Shown: one piece after another, positions 25,669 through 34,824 of the stretch
How positions within the stretch are numbered: the first letter of the stretch is position 1
Layout: each line of letters starts with the position of its first letter
NCBI GenBank assembly: GCA_037968955.1
Contig: JBBKWN010000146.1
Span: 1,051-65,050 of the forward strand
DNA length: 64,000 nt
Reading direction: 5' to 3'
Source of the DNA: Rheinheimera sp.
Lineage (GTDB): Bacteria; Pseudomonadota; Gammaproteobacteria; Enterobacterales; Alteromonadaceae
The notes under the pieces: generated by a model
Databases searched by the model: none
Told to the model about the DNA's origin: nothing
The model's input: only the letters and a program-made list of their open reading frames with translations
Made by a program: the position numbers and the translations under genes

Positions 25669-27282
25669 ATGTCGAACTTACAACAAAAATTACTAAAAAT
25701 TCAGGGTTTATTACCTTCTCAGCGCAGTTGGCTGGAGCGTTTGGTTTTTCAACTGGAGTTTAATCCTTATCAGCTGATCCATATGGTGGGTGCTGCAGGG
25801 GCTGGGAAAACGACTCTGTCATTGGCTGTTGCTGATTTATTGTCGAACGAATTTAATCTGGCATTGATTAAAGCTGAACCCCAGTTATCTGCCGCCAATG
25901 TGCGTCAACACGTCATAGAGCATTGGTTTGGCACCTGTAAAGATCCCCACCGCACGTTATTACAATTGGTCGGTGACCGCCAAGTCACCGAGCCATTGGC
26001 ACTGATCATTGATCAAGCAGAACAATTGCCGGTCGAATTATGGGCCGAACTGGCTGAGATTCCGTGTCTGGTGATCGCCGCGACCGAACATGCGGATGCG
26101 CATGCTGAGCTGAATTTACCATTGCCTGCATTGACCTTAGTCGATGCTGAAATTTTACTAAAAGACAATGAGCTGAGCACATTGAGTGTCGCTGACCGAT
26201 TGGATAACGCCGCGGGCAATATCCATGTCTTATTAGACCCAAGTGTAAAACGTCAACTGCAACCGGCAACATTGGACTTGAAACCTGCATCACTGGCTTA
26301 TCCGCTGACCGTGTTTGCCACTGGTATGTTGGTGATTGGAGCCGTGGTTATTTTTTGGCTTTGGACTGAGCAGCAACAACGCCCGGATGACTTAGGTGCG
26401 CTTACCTATTTGCCTGAAGAGCAGGAAGTGCCGACGGCATTGCCGACCACGCTCGCACCTCCTCCTACGAAAGCGGTGGTCGAACAGTTGGTTGGTCAGC
26501 TTGAACGAGTGGCCAATAAAACGACCTCTTCAGCGGCCAGTGGTTTGGCAAAGCCGGTCGATTTTTTCGGGCAAGAGCGCGCGCAAACTGCTGATGTTGT
26601 CGACAGTACTGATGTTCAGGACAGTACTGGTGTTCAGAACAGTACCGATGCAGGAGCAAATACTGAGGTTGCAGAGTCTAGTGCAGTTCCACAGTCGCGA
26701 ACCGACCAGCCAAAACCCGCAGCAGCGCAAGAAAGTCAAACCACAGCATCAACCACAGCACAGGCTATTGATGTGACTGCAGCTGCAGAAGAGCTTCGTA
26801 AAGTACCTGATTTATCACAATCTGCAGAAGCAACTGGCGATACAACCGCCATGGTTGAAAGCGAAGTTTCAGTTGCAGAACAGATGGCGGCAGAACAGAA
26901 AAATGTAGCCACTGTGGTGCAAGCGCCTGAACAAGATTTGGCTGCTGAAGCGCAAGCGGAGCTTTCGACTACCGGCAACAGCCGAGGTGGCTACCCCTAT
27001 GCTGAATCTGATTTGTTGTCGATGTCTGGTAAGGCGGTGGCTTTACAACTGGTTGTGCTGTCAAATGACCGTGCCTTAAAAGATTTTGCTATCCGTTTTC
27101 CAGCGCTGGAAACCTACACTTATCAACGTCAAAAAAATGGTCAGCGCCAACTGGTAGTCGTATTAGCACCGTTTGCCGACAGCACCGAAGCTAAGGCGCA
27201 AATTAGTCAGTTACCGCCGGCATTACAGCAGGCTTTTGTAAAACCGTTAGCCGATATTCACAGCGAAATCAGCATTCAATAG
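25669..27282 (+). CDS. damX: DamX-like cell-division protein: N-terminal P-loop domain, one TM, a low-complexity periplasmic linker, and a C-terminal SPOR domain
   Basis: It lies between aroB and dam. Walker A GAAGAGKTT and Walker-B-like IIDQAEQL are present. The TM is LTVFATGMLVIGAVVIFWLW. The SPOR-like C-terminus reads VALQLVVLSNDRALKDF...RQLVVVLAPFADSTEAKAQISQLP. Confidence 0.8.
   Translation: MSNLQQKLLKIQGLLPSQRSWLERLVFQLEFNPYQLIHMVGAAGAGKTTLSLAVADLLSNEFNLALIKAEPQLSAANVRQHVIEHWFGTCKDPHRTLLQLVGDRQVTEPLALIIDQAEQLPVELWAELAEIPCLVIAATEHADAHAELNLPLPALTLVDAEILLKDNELSTLSVADRLDNAAGNIHVLLDPSVKRQLQPATLDLKPASLAYPLTVFATGMLVIGAVVIFWLWTEQQQRPDDLGALTYLPEEQEVPTALPTTLAPPPTKAVVEQLVGQLERVANKTTSSAASGLAKPVDFFGQERAQTADVVDSTDVQDSTGVQNSTDAGANTEVAESSAVPQSRTDQPKPAAAQESQTTASTTAQAIDVTAAAEELRKVPDLSQSAEATGDTTAMVESEVSVAEQMAAEQKNVATVVQAPEQDLAAEAQAELSTTGNSRGGYPYAESDLLSMSGKAVALQLVVLSNDRALKDFAIRFPALETYTYQRQKNGQRQLVVVLAPFADSTEAKAQISQLPPALQQAFVKPLADIHSEISIQ
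26602..26655 (+). repeat. 18-bp in-frame tandem repeat x3 inside damX (DSTDVQ / DSTGVQ / NSTDAG)
   Basis: gacagtactgatgttcag, gacagtactggtgttcag, aacagtaccgatgcagga. Confidence 0.85.
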
Positions 27283-27297
27283 TCAGGTGGCGTTAGG

Positions 27298-28137
27298 TTG
27301 AGCAAAATAGTTACCGCAAAAAAGCAACGGGCATTTTTGAAATGGGCTGGTGGAAAATTTAATCTGGTCGAGGCTATTTCCGGACATTTACCGGCGGCTG
27401 ATGTGCTGGTCGAGCCGTTTGTGGGCGCTGGTTCCGTATTTTTAAATACCCACTACTCACGATATCTATTAAATGACATTAATGCTGATTTGATTCATTT
27501 GTATCAGTTTTTACAAAGCAAACCTGCACAGTTCATTGCTGATGCCAGAATGTTTTTTACTGAAAGCCACAACGACAAAGCCAGCTACTTGGAAATTAGG
27601 CAGCAGTTTAATCAAACCAGCGATCCCTATTTGCGGTCATTGCAGTTTTTGTATCTCAACCGGCATTGTTATAACGGGCTTTGTCGGTACAACCAATCGG
27701 GCTTGTTTAATGTGCCTTTTGGTTCATACAAAAAACCGTATTTTCCAGAGGCAGAGTTACTGGCGTTTGCCGAAAAAGCAACACGGGCCACTTTTGTCTG
27801 TTTGGACTATCAACAACTTTTCGCCCAATTGCCAAAAGGGGCGGCGGTTTATTGTGATCCACCTTATGTGCCACTATCGAAAACTGCTAGCTTCACCTCT
27901 TATGCTAAAAACAGTTTTAACCTTGATGATCAGGCCGATTTAGCAAATTTATCTGAGCAAGCCATGGCGCGTGGTCATGATGTATTAATTAGCAATCATG
28001 ATACCAGCTGGACCCGCAAGATTTATCAGGGTGCTGAACTCCATTCGATCCAAGTGAGTCGTTCAATTAGTCAAAAAGGCAGTACCAGAGGCAAAGTAGC
28101 CGAGTTATTTGCACTTTACCGCGCTCCTCGAAAATGA
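27298..28137 (+). CDS. dam: DNA adenine methyltransferase (GATC)
   Basis: FLKWAGGK and DPPY motifs. The TTG at 27298 is the only in-frame start after the stop at 27280-27282. SD AGGTGG lies 7 nt upstream. Confidence 0.93.
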   Translation: MSKIVTAKKQRAFLKWAGGKFNLVEAISGHLPAADVLVEPFVGAGSVFLNTHYSRYLLNDINADLIHLYQFLQSKPAQFIADARMFFTESHNDKASYLEIRQQFNQTSDPYLRSLQFLYLNRHCYNGLCRYNQSGLFNVPFGSYKKPYFPEAELLAFAEKATRATFVCLDYQQLFAQLPKGAAVYCDPPYVPLSKTASFTSYAKNSFNLDDQADLANLSEQAMARGHDVLISNHDTSWTRKIYQGAELHSIQVSRSISQKGSTRGKVAELFALYRAPRK

Positions 28138-28212
28138 GGTGATTGATGGTTCTTTGACGGCGTCGGTGGTGATGTGACTTGATGTTCTGAGATGGTTTGT
28201 GTTCGAGATTTT

Positions 28213-28404
28213 TTAGGATAAAACCACTGACACGACAAACACGAGCGCTGCCACGAATAGAATGGTCATCACGATCCCGACAATGATATAGGGCAGAGGA
28301 CTTTGCGAATTGAAGTCTTGCTGGCGTTGTTGTTCTGACTGAACACCGATAAAAGCGCCGGCAACAGCTTTGAATATTTGTTTGAGGTTGGGTTTGTTAC
28401 TCAT
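28213..28404 (-). CDS. Small membrane protein, DUF2970-like
   Basis: 63 aa: a basic N-terminus, IGVQSE motif, and one C-terminal TM. It overlaps the stop of the upstream ORF by 4 nt. Confidence 0.65.
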   Translation of the reverse strand: MSNKPNLKQIFKAVAGAFIGVQSEQQRQQDFNSQSPLPYIIVGIVMTILFVAALVFVVSVVLS

Positions 28405-28676
28405 GCCGCTGGTTTAGCGTGAAGCCTGCTGAGTAATTCAAGCAAATCAATAAAATGAAACTGCACCGAACTGCTTTGCCCTCGAAACCATGACAACCAG
28501 CTGGTTTGTGGCGCTAGCGCACAATGCACCGAAAAACTTTCAACACCATTTGCAGCGACGACCACGGTATTGACACAGCTGGCCGCAGTTTGCGTCTGAT
28601 CTTGCTGTGACAGATAAAAACCTACTGACAAGCAGAGCATTAGGGCCGCGGATTTTACGAGTATGGTGGTTTTCAT
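28401..28676 (-). CDS. Hypothetical small secreted protein
   Basis: 91 aa with an N-terminal signal-like segment MKTTILVKSAALMLCLSVGF. Translationally coupled to the DUF2970-like ORF. Confidence 0.5.
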   Translation of the reverse strand: MKTTILVKSAALMLCLSVGFYLSQQDQTQTAASCVNTVVVAANGVESFSVHCALAPQTSWLSWFRGQSSSVQFHFIDLLELLSRLHAKPAA

Positions 28677-28811
28677 TACAGTCTCAGATCCATCAAATGA
28701 CTGTTCGATAATACCGCAGCGCTGTCTTTAGAACAAGCGCTGCATCGGTATTGTCCGCGCCGTGGTAAGTGCCTTGTCGTAGATGTGGCACCCACCGCGG
28801 CAAGTCGGAGA

Positions 28812-29564
28812 TTAAAATGCTTTGGTTAGGCTAAATATGACTCGGCCGTCACACAAATTGCATTGCGCTGAGCTATCGATATCGGTATCTGCATATTTCA
28901 GTGACAGAGTCGTCCCCATCCAGTCGGTGCTGGCTTGGACACTCCAATCAATATAGCCCTTGCCAGAAACTGGCCCTGCGGCTAAAAAAGTAGCGTATTG
29001 CGTATTGCTATCAAACTGGTTGTAGCCAAGGTGTAATTGTAAGCTCAGATTTTCTACCAATGAGTAATTGTAATCTGCTGAATAATAGTAATATTTATCA
29101 ACATCAGTGCCAAAATAATCACTTGAATAGGCTAAGCCTAAAGTGAGGTCTTGATAGATAAATTTACTGTACAGTTCGACAAAATTAAACTGGTCGGTAT
29201 TGTTGTCACCATTTGGGTAACGGTATTGCATGATCCCAAGGTCTGTCGACCATTCTTCTGAAAGTTTACCGCTCCAGCCTGCCAGAATATCGAGTTCCAT
29301 CGACCCTTGGCCAAAAGTAATATTAGAGCCCCAGGCTGACAGATAAAAACCTGAGTCATCGGCTAAGGTTAAGCCACCCTGTAATGCCATGCCTTCATCC
29401 GTTTGCGAAATACCGCGGAATAAGTAGTCCGAAGTGAGCGTTAGACTACCGGTTAAAGCAGTTTCGGCTTGTACCGTCGAAGCGGCGAAGCCGAGGCTCA
29501 GCACTAAAGCGGCGCAAATTTGTGGCGAGTAGTTTTTTAATATACATCCTGCGGTTGTTTTCAT
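28812..29564 (-). CDS. Outer-membrane beta-barrel protein, TorF/TIGR02001-like putative porin
   Basis: Signal peptide ending STVQA-ET. The motif LTSDYLFRGISQTD...GGL is typical of this family. Alternating beta-strand pattern with a terminal aromatic (...LTKAF). Confidence 0.75.
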   Translation of the reverse strand: MKTTAGCILKNYSPQICAALVLSLGFAASTVQAETALTGSLTLTSDYLFRGISQTDEGMALQGGLTLADDSGFYLSAWGSNITFGQGSMELDILAGWSGKLSEEWSTDLGIMQYRYPNGDNNTDQFNFVELYSKFIYQDLTLGLAYSSDYFGTDVDKYYYYSADYNYSLVENLSLQLHLGYNQFDSNTQYATFLAAGPVSGKGYIDWSVQASTDWMGTTLSLKYADTDIDSSAQCNLCDGRVIFSLTKAF

Positions 29565-29797
29565 GTTATTTGCCCTTCTCTGAAAGTATCGTTAAACACT
29601 ATTCCATTTCTGTGCCAGTGCAAAATATAGTTTTATTTCAATTAGATAGTGTATTTTTGCTTTTTTTTAATTCGGAAATGCGCGAATTTGGTGCATTTTT
29701 GCTTGTTTAATGGGCAGAAAGCCGTGGCCTAAAGGCTGCGAAATTGAGTGAAATCAGTTACATTGTGCGCTTTGTGCTTGTGATGGAGATTTGGTTG

Positions 29798-30475
29798 ATG
29801 CAACCTTTTTGGATAGCACCCTCAATATTGTCGGCCGATTTGGCAAGGCTAGGTGACGATGTCGCCCATGTGTTAAAAGCCGGTGCCGATGTCGTGCATT
29901 TTGATGTGATGGACAATCACTATGTTCCCAATCTGACATTTGGGCCTATGCTGTGCAGCGCACTGCGAAATTATGGCATTACGGCCCCCATCGATGTGCA
30001 TTTAATGGTTGAACCGGTTGACGCATTAATTCCGCAGTTTGCCAAAGCGGGTGCCAGTATTATCACTTTTCACCCAGAAGCAAGCCGTCATGTCGACCGC
30101 AGTTTGCAGCTCATCCATGAGCATGGCTGTCAGGCGGGTCTGGTGTTCAATCCGGCGACCCCTTTGAGCTATCTAGATTACGTCTTGGATAAAGTCGATG
30201 TGGTGTTGTTGATGTCGGTCAACCCAGGTTTCGGCGGCCAGAGTTTTATTCCGGCAACATTGGATAAATTGGCGCAAGCGCGAAAAATCATCGACCGCAG
30301 TGGTCAGGCTATCCGACTGGAAGTCGATGGTGGGGTGAAGGTGGAGAATATCGCCGAAATCGCCAGCGCAGGCGCTGATATGTTTGTCGCAGGTTCGGCT
30401 ATTTTTAGTCAGCCAGATTATGCCACAGTGATTGCGGCAATGCGGGCGGAACTGGCAAAAGTGAAGTGTGGATAA
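29798..30475 (+). CDS. rpe: Ribulose-phosphate 3-epimerase
   Basis: ATG 29798 follows GGAG. The N-terminus [14 protein letters not shown] is typical. The ORF-track start at 29744 is an unsupported extension. Confidence 0.95.
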   Translation: MQPFWIAPSILSADLARLGDDVAHVLKAGADVVHFDVMDNHYVPNLTFGPMLCSALRNYGITAPIDVHLMVEPVDALIPQFAKAGASIITFHPEASRHVDRSLQLIHEHGCQAGLVFNPATPLSYLDYVLDKVDVVLLMSVNPGFGGQSFIPATLDKLAQARKIIDRSGQAIRLEVDGGVKVENIAEIASAGADMFVAGSAIFSQPDYATVIAAMRAELAKVKCG

Positions 30476-30498
30476 CGTTTGCCAACCATCAAAGGTTG

Positions 30499-30527
30499 CT
30501 GCCAATTGTATTGCTGCACGGTATAAT
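30499..30527 (+). promoter_or_regulatory. Putative sigma70 promoter of trpS
   Basis: -35 CTGCCA (30499-30504), 17-bp spacer, perfect -10 TATAAT (30522-30527). Confidence 0.45.
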
Positions 30528-30614
30528 CGCCGACCATTTTACCGATAGTAGGCTCGAGTTTTGCTCAATGCCACCAGCTATTGGTCATAGTTTTGAACAC
30601 AATCAGGATTTTTC

Positions 30615-31634
30615 ATGACAACAACTAATCAGGCCGCAAAGCCAATCGTCTTAAGTGGTGCGCAGCCTTCCGGTCAGTTGACCATTGGTAATTACCTTGG
30701 CGCATTGCGGCAATGGGATCGGATGCAGGATGCTTATGATTGTTTGTATTGCATTGTCGATTTGCATGCCATCACGGTGCGACAAGAGCCCGCGGCACTG
30801 CGTAATGCCTCACTAGATTCGCTCGCCTTGTATTTGGCCTGTGGTATTGATCCCGCCCGCTCGGCGATTTTTTTACAGTCACATGTGCCGGAGCACAGCC
30901 AACTGGCGTGGGTACTGAACTGTTACACCCAATTTGGCGAATTAAGCCGGATGACGCAATTTAAAGATAAATCTGAGCGCCATAACAACAACATTAATGC
31001 CGGTTTGTTTACGTATCCAGTGTTGATGGCGGCTGATATTTTGTTATATCAGGCCAATCAGGTACCGGTCGGGCATGACCAAAAACAACATCTGGAATTA
31101 GCCCGAGATATCGCTACGCGCTTTAATGCTGCCCACGGCGAGATCTTCACCGTGCCAGAGCCGTTTATTGCACCAGTGGCGGCACGAGTGATGAGTCTGC
31201 AAGAACCCACCAAGAAGATGTCTAAATCTGATGAAAACCCATGGAATTTTGTTGGTTTGCTCGAAGATCCAAAAATGATTAGTAAGAAATTCAAAAAGGC
31301 GATGACCGACTCACAAGATCCACCACGGGTGTATTTTGATTTGGCGGAAAAACCAGGCGTTGCCAACTTACTGAGTATTTTGTCAGGTGTTACCGGTAAA
31401 ACGATTGAGTCGCTCGTGGCAGAATACGAAGGTAAAATGTACGGCCATTTAAAAACAGATGTTGCTGATGCCGTCGTTGCCTTACTGGAACCGGTGCAGC
31501 AGAAATTTATTGAATTACGCCAAGATCAAACGACTTTAGATCAGGTGATGCGCGCCGGTGCTGCCGAAGCGCGACGCCGTGCTGCCGTGACCTTGGCAAA
31601 AGTAAATGAAGCGGTTGGTTTTGTACTGCCCTAA
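30615..31634 (+). CDS. trpS: Tryptophan--tRNA ligase
   Basis: Class I motifs TIGNYLG (HIGH-type) and KMSKS. 339 aa. Confidence 0.96.
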   Translation: MTTTNQAAKPIVLSGAQPSGQLTIGNYLGALRQWDRMQDAYDCLYCIVDLHAITVRQEPAALRNASLDSLALYLACGIDPARSAIFLQSHVPEHSQLAWVLNCYTQFGELSRMTQFKDKSERHNNNINAGLFTYPVLMAADILLYQANQVPVGHDQKQHLELARDIATRFNAAHGEIFTVPEPFIAPVAARVMSLQEPTKKMSKSDENPWNFVGLLEDPKMISKKFKKAMTDSQDPPRVYFDLAEKPGVANLLSILSGVTGKTIESLVAEYEGKMYGHLKTDVADAVVALLEPVQQKFIELRQDQTTLDQVMRAGAAEARRRAAVTLAKVNEAVGFVLP

Positions 31635-31715
31635 TAAGCCATTGTTCGAGTTTTTTAGCCGCAGCGCTCAACGTTTGGGTGACTGCTGCGGTGATTGTTA
31701 ACAAACCGCTGGTCG

Positions 31716-32321
31716 CTACTCAGGTTTTTTCGTTTTATCCCACACCTTGGACTCGTTGCCGTGCCAAAGCCGCAGAATATTTTGCCGATGTCGAAAGATG
31801 ATTAAAATGCTTAACATTGATACTGGAATTGTATACAACGGCTTGATAAACCAAGTGAAAATGGGGGCTAGGCTGACAGTTACCACGGCCGCAAATGACG
31901 AATAGCCGGTGGCGCCTACCAGAATAATCCAGGTCGCAATTAACAAACCGGCTAGGTCAAGGCCAATCGGCAGCATGGTGCCTAAGGCGGTAGCGACGGC
32001 TTTGCCACCTTGGAAACCAAAAAATAATGGGTAGATATGACCAAGGCAGGCGCAAATGGCAATCATGCCCAGATAAAAGGCCTCAATGCCGAGAAAGTAG
32101 GAACCCCAAACCGGGATAGTGCCTTTGAGTACATCAAACACCAATACGAGTGCGGCGGGGGTGGAACCACCAAGGCGCAGAACGTTGGTTGCACCAGGAT
32201 TCCCTGATCCATGCAGCCTGGGATCCGGCAAGCGAAACAATTTACTGACAATCACGGCCGACGAGACCGAGCCGCAAAAATAAGCGGCCATCATCATCAT
32301 ACCGATCACGGAAGTCATCAA
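31716..32321 (-). CDS. plsY: Glycerol-3-phosphate acyltransferase PlsY
   Basis: [12 protein letters not shown] motif in a polytopic 201-aa protein. Divergent from folB, as in E. coli. Confidence 0.93.
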   Translation of the reverse strand: MMTSVIGMMMMAAYFCGSVSSAVIVSKLFRLPDPRLHGSGNPGATNVLRLGGSTPAALVLVFDVLKGTIPVWGSYFLGIEAFYLGMIAICACLGHIYPLFFGFQGGKAVATALGTMLPIGLDLAGLLIATWIILVGATGYSSFAAVVTVSLAPIFTWFIKPLYTIPVSMLSILIIFRHRQNILRLWHGNESKVWDKTKKPE

Positions 32322-32531
32322 TGGATTTCCTCAATACCAGGTTTTGCGTTAATATCGCCTCGGACTCAGGGCTGTTGGTCGTTAGCAGAGCGCGCTGATT
32401 GGATTGTTCAGCAGAATCTTTGACCGGTATTACAGCATCTGGCGCGAGCGGTCAGATTATAGACTTTTTAGTTATTTGCCTATCCGACCAGCCGATCCAA
32501 ATCAAAATATAACGCAACGCGGAACCAAAAA

Positions 32532-32885
32532 ATGGATATTGTTTTTATCAAGCAGCTGCAAATCGACACAGTTATCGGCGTTTATGAATGGGAAAAAACC
32601 ATCACTCAACGCCTAGAAATAGATTTGGAACTGGCCACTGATATCCGTCATGCCGCAGCGAAAGACGACATTCGTCTCACGCTGGACTATGCCGTGATTG
32701 CAACCAAAGTGCAACAATTGATTTGTGCAGAACCGATTGAACTCATTGAAACTGTTGCGGAAAAAATTGCCACTATGTTGTTGCAGCAGTTTGCCACCAC
32801 CGCAGTGCGGGTGCAGGTCTGTAAACCTGCTGCCGTGGCAAATGCACACACTGTTGGTGTGCAGATTAGCCGAGGCAGTTGGTGA
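32532..32885 (+). CDS. folB: Dihydroneopterin aldolase
   Basis: 117 aa. The N-terminus MDIVFIKQLQIDTVIGVYEWEK is typical of FolB. Confidence 0.9.
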   Translation: MDIVFIKQLQIDTVIGVYEWEKTITQRLEIDLELATDIRHAAAKDDIRLTLDYAVIATKVQQLICAEPIELIETVAEKIATMLLQQFATTAVRVQVCKPAAVANAHTVGVQISRGSW

Positions 32886-33373
32886 TGACACAGATTTACA
32901 TTAGTGTTGGTAGCAACACGCATCGCGAATACTATATGCGGATGGCGGTGCAAGAGTTAGCATCGGCCTTTGGTGCTTTGACGTTGTCTTCGGTCTATGA
33001 AAGTGAAGCGGTCGGTTTTCGAGGGGATGCCTTTTACAATATGGTGATCGGGGCGAACACCGATCGCAGTGTGGCGCAGTGTGTCACCGTGTTTAAAGCA
33101 ATAGAGGACCGATACGGTCGGGTGCGTGGCGGAGAAAAGTTTTGTGGCCGGACCCTCGATTTGGATTTATTAACCTATGACGACTTAGTCTGTGACACGC
33201 CCGTCGAGTTACCGCGGGCGGAAATTGTGGAGAACGCTTTTGTGTTATGGCCGCTTGCGGAAATTGCACCAACGTTAAAGCATCCATTATTGCAACAAAC
33301 GTATCAGCAGTTGTGGCAGCACTATCAGAAAGCACAAAAAATCTGGCCGGTACCGTTTCAGTTTGAAATATAA
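32885..33373 (+). CDS. folK: 2-amino-4-hydroxy-6-hydroxymethyldihydropteridine diphosphokinase
   Basis: ATG 32885 overlaps the folB stop (TGATG). It has YISVGSN, SSVYESEAVG and RTLDLDLL motifs. Confidence 0.9.
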   Translation: MTQIYISVGSNTHREYYMRMAVQELASAFGALTLSSVYESEAVGFRGDAFYNMVIGANTDRSVAQCVTVFKAIEDRYGRVRGGEKFCGRTLDLDLLTYDDLVCDTPVELPRAEIVENAFVLWPLAEIAPTLKHPLLQQTYQQLWQHYQKAQKIWPVPFQFEI

Positions 33374-33393
33374 CATCGTTTGCTATATCGACA

Positions 33394-33411
33394 GCGCAAA
33401 GGCCTTTGCGC
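33394..33411 (+). terminator. GC-rich palindrome after folK (possible terminator)
   Basis: gcgcaaaggcctttgcgc is a perfect 18-nt palindrome. Only a weak T-rich tail follows. Confidence 0.4.
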
Positions 33412-33552
33412 ATAGTATTTGGTTGGGCGCTCAGGCTTGTCTTGTCGCAGTAACCAAGGTTAACCGCTGCTGTGCTTGGTACACACATCCCAGACCATGG
33501 CAGGAACCTGATGTTAAGTTGTCTCACAAATAGTTACAATCGGCACGGTAAA

Positions 33553-33582
33553 AGTGACAACTTTAGTCTCGAACTTGTCACT
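33553..33582. promoter_or_regulatory. Inverted repeat upstream of the RND operon (candidate operator)
   Basis: agtgacaa (33553-33560) and ttgtcact (33575-33582) are perfect 8-bp arms separated by 14 bp, about 75 nt upstream of the MFP ATG. Confidence 0.4.
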
Positions 33583-33655
33583 CAGTCATGGTATTTTATA
33601 CAGTGTTTGAGCATCCATATTATTCTTTCAACGATAAACCTTAGTGGCGACCCTC

Positions 33656-34780
33656 ATGAAACCATTTAAATCTGTGTTGATTTCCCTTGGCTTGCTGGCG
33701 GTTTTGCTGGTAGTCATCGTCGGTATCAAAGCTGAACAGCTCGGTATGATGGCGCAAAGTGGCGCTAATTTTGTGCCGCCACCCGAGTCGGTCAGTTTGT
33801 ACACGGCGACAACCCAAAGCTGGCCACAAACCTACACCGCAATTGGCACCGTCGAAGCTGATGAAGGTATTACCATTTCGGCGCAGGTTGCCGGCAAGGT
33901 CAAACGAATTGCCTTTCAAAGTGGCGCCCGCGTTCGCGCCGGTGAAGTGTTAATTGAACAGGAATCTGTTAACGAGCGAGCGCAGCTCAATGCGGCAGTC
34001 GCCCGACTGAAATTGGCGCAGTCTAACTATCAACGCCTTGATGAACTGCGTAACCGTAAAATTGCCAGCCAAAGTGAGTTGGATGGCGCAGTGCAGCAGG
34101 TGGAATCAGCCAAAGGTGACGTCGACGATTTACGGGCAACCTTAGAGAAAAAACAAATTCGGGCGCCTTTTGATGGCCGCGTTGGTATTCGTCAGGTTGA
34201 TTTAGGTACTGATTTACAAGTTGGCGCGGCTATTGTGTCACTGCAAGCCACCAACAGAGTGCGGGTCAATTTCCCGATCGCCCAAGATTGGTTGGTTCGG
34301 ATCACCCCAGGTTTGGCGGTCAGTGTTGCAATTGGCGATGCGCAGAATTCGGTGGTGGCCGGTGAAATTACTGCGATAGGTGCTGAAATTAATCCATTAA
34401 CACGAAATGCGGTGGTGCAGTCGTCACTCGAGAATCCGGACAACCGGTTAATCCCTGGCATGGCAGTGTCGTCGACCGTGACTTTGCGCGAGCCGTTAAC
34501 CGTGTTAGCAGTACCATCGACCGCCATTATTTATGCACCTTTTGGCGATACCGTATTTGTGGCAGACAAAGATGCAAAAACTGGCGCTTTCGTGGCGCGG
34601 CAACAGTTTGTGCGGCTGGGTAAAACGCGCGGCGATTATGTTGAAATTGTCGACGGCGTCAAAGCGGGTGAGCAAGTTGTCAGTGCTGGGGCTTTTAAAT
34701 TGTTTAATAAACAATCGCTGGTGGAATCAACGCTGCCAACACCAGAATTTAAAACTGAGCCAACACCGCCTAATAGCTAA
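33656..34780 (+). CDS. RND efflux periplasmic adaptor (membrane fusion protein)
   Basis: N-terminal anchor helix followed by HlyD/AcrA-type lipoyl, hairpin and beta-barrel pattern (GTVEADEGITISAQVAGKV ... IRAPFDGRVG). It immediately precedes the RND pump. Confidence 0.88.
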   Translation: MKPFKSVLISLGLLAVLLVVIVGIKAEQLGMMAQSGANFVPPPESVSLYTATTQSWPQTYTAIGTVEADEGITISAQVAGKVKRIAFQSGARVRAGEVLIEQESVNERAQLNAAVARLKLAQSNYQRLDELRNRKIASQSELDGAVQQVESAKGDVDDLRATLEKKQIRAPFDGRVGIRQVDLGTDLQVGAAIVSLQATNRVRVNFPIAQDWLVRITPGLAVSVAIGDAQNSVVAGEITAIGAEINPLTRNAVVQSSLENPDNRLIPGMAVSSTVTLREPLTVLAVPSTAIIYAPFGDTVFVADKDAKTGAFVARQQFVRLGKTRGDYVEIVDGVKAGEQVVSAGAFKLFNKQSLVESTLPTPEFKTEPTPPNS

Positions 34781-34824
34781 CGTTTTTTCCTGTGACGACC
34801 CGAACCTTTTTACCTAGGTGAAGC

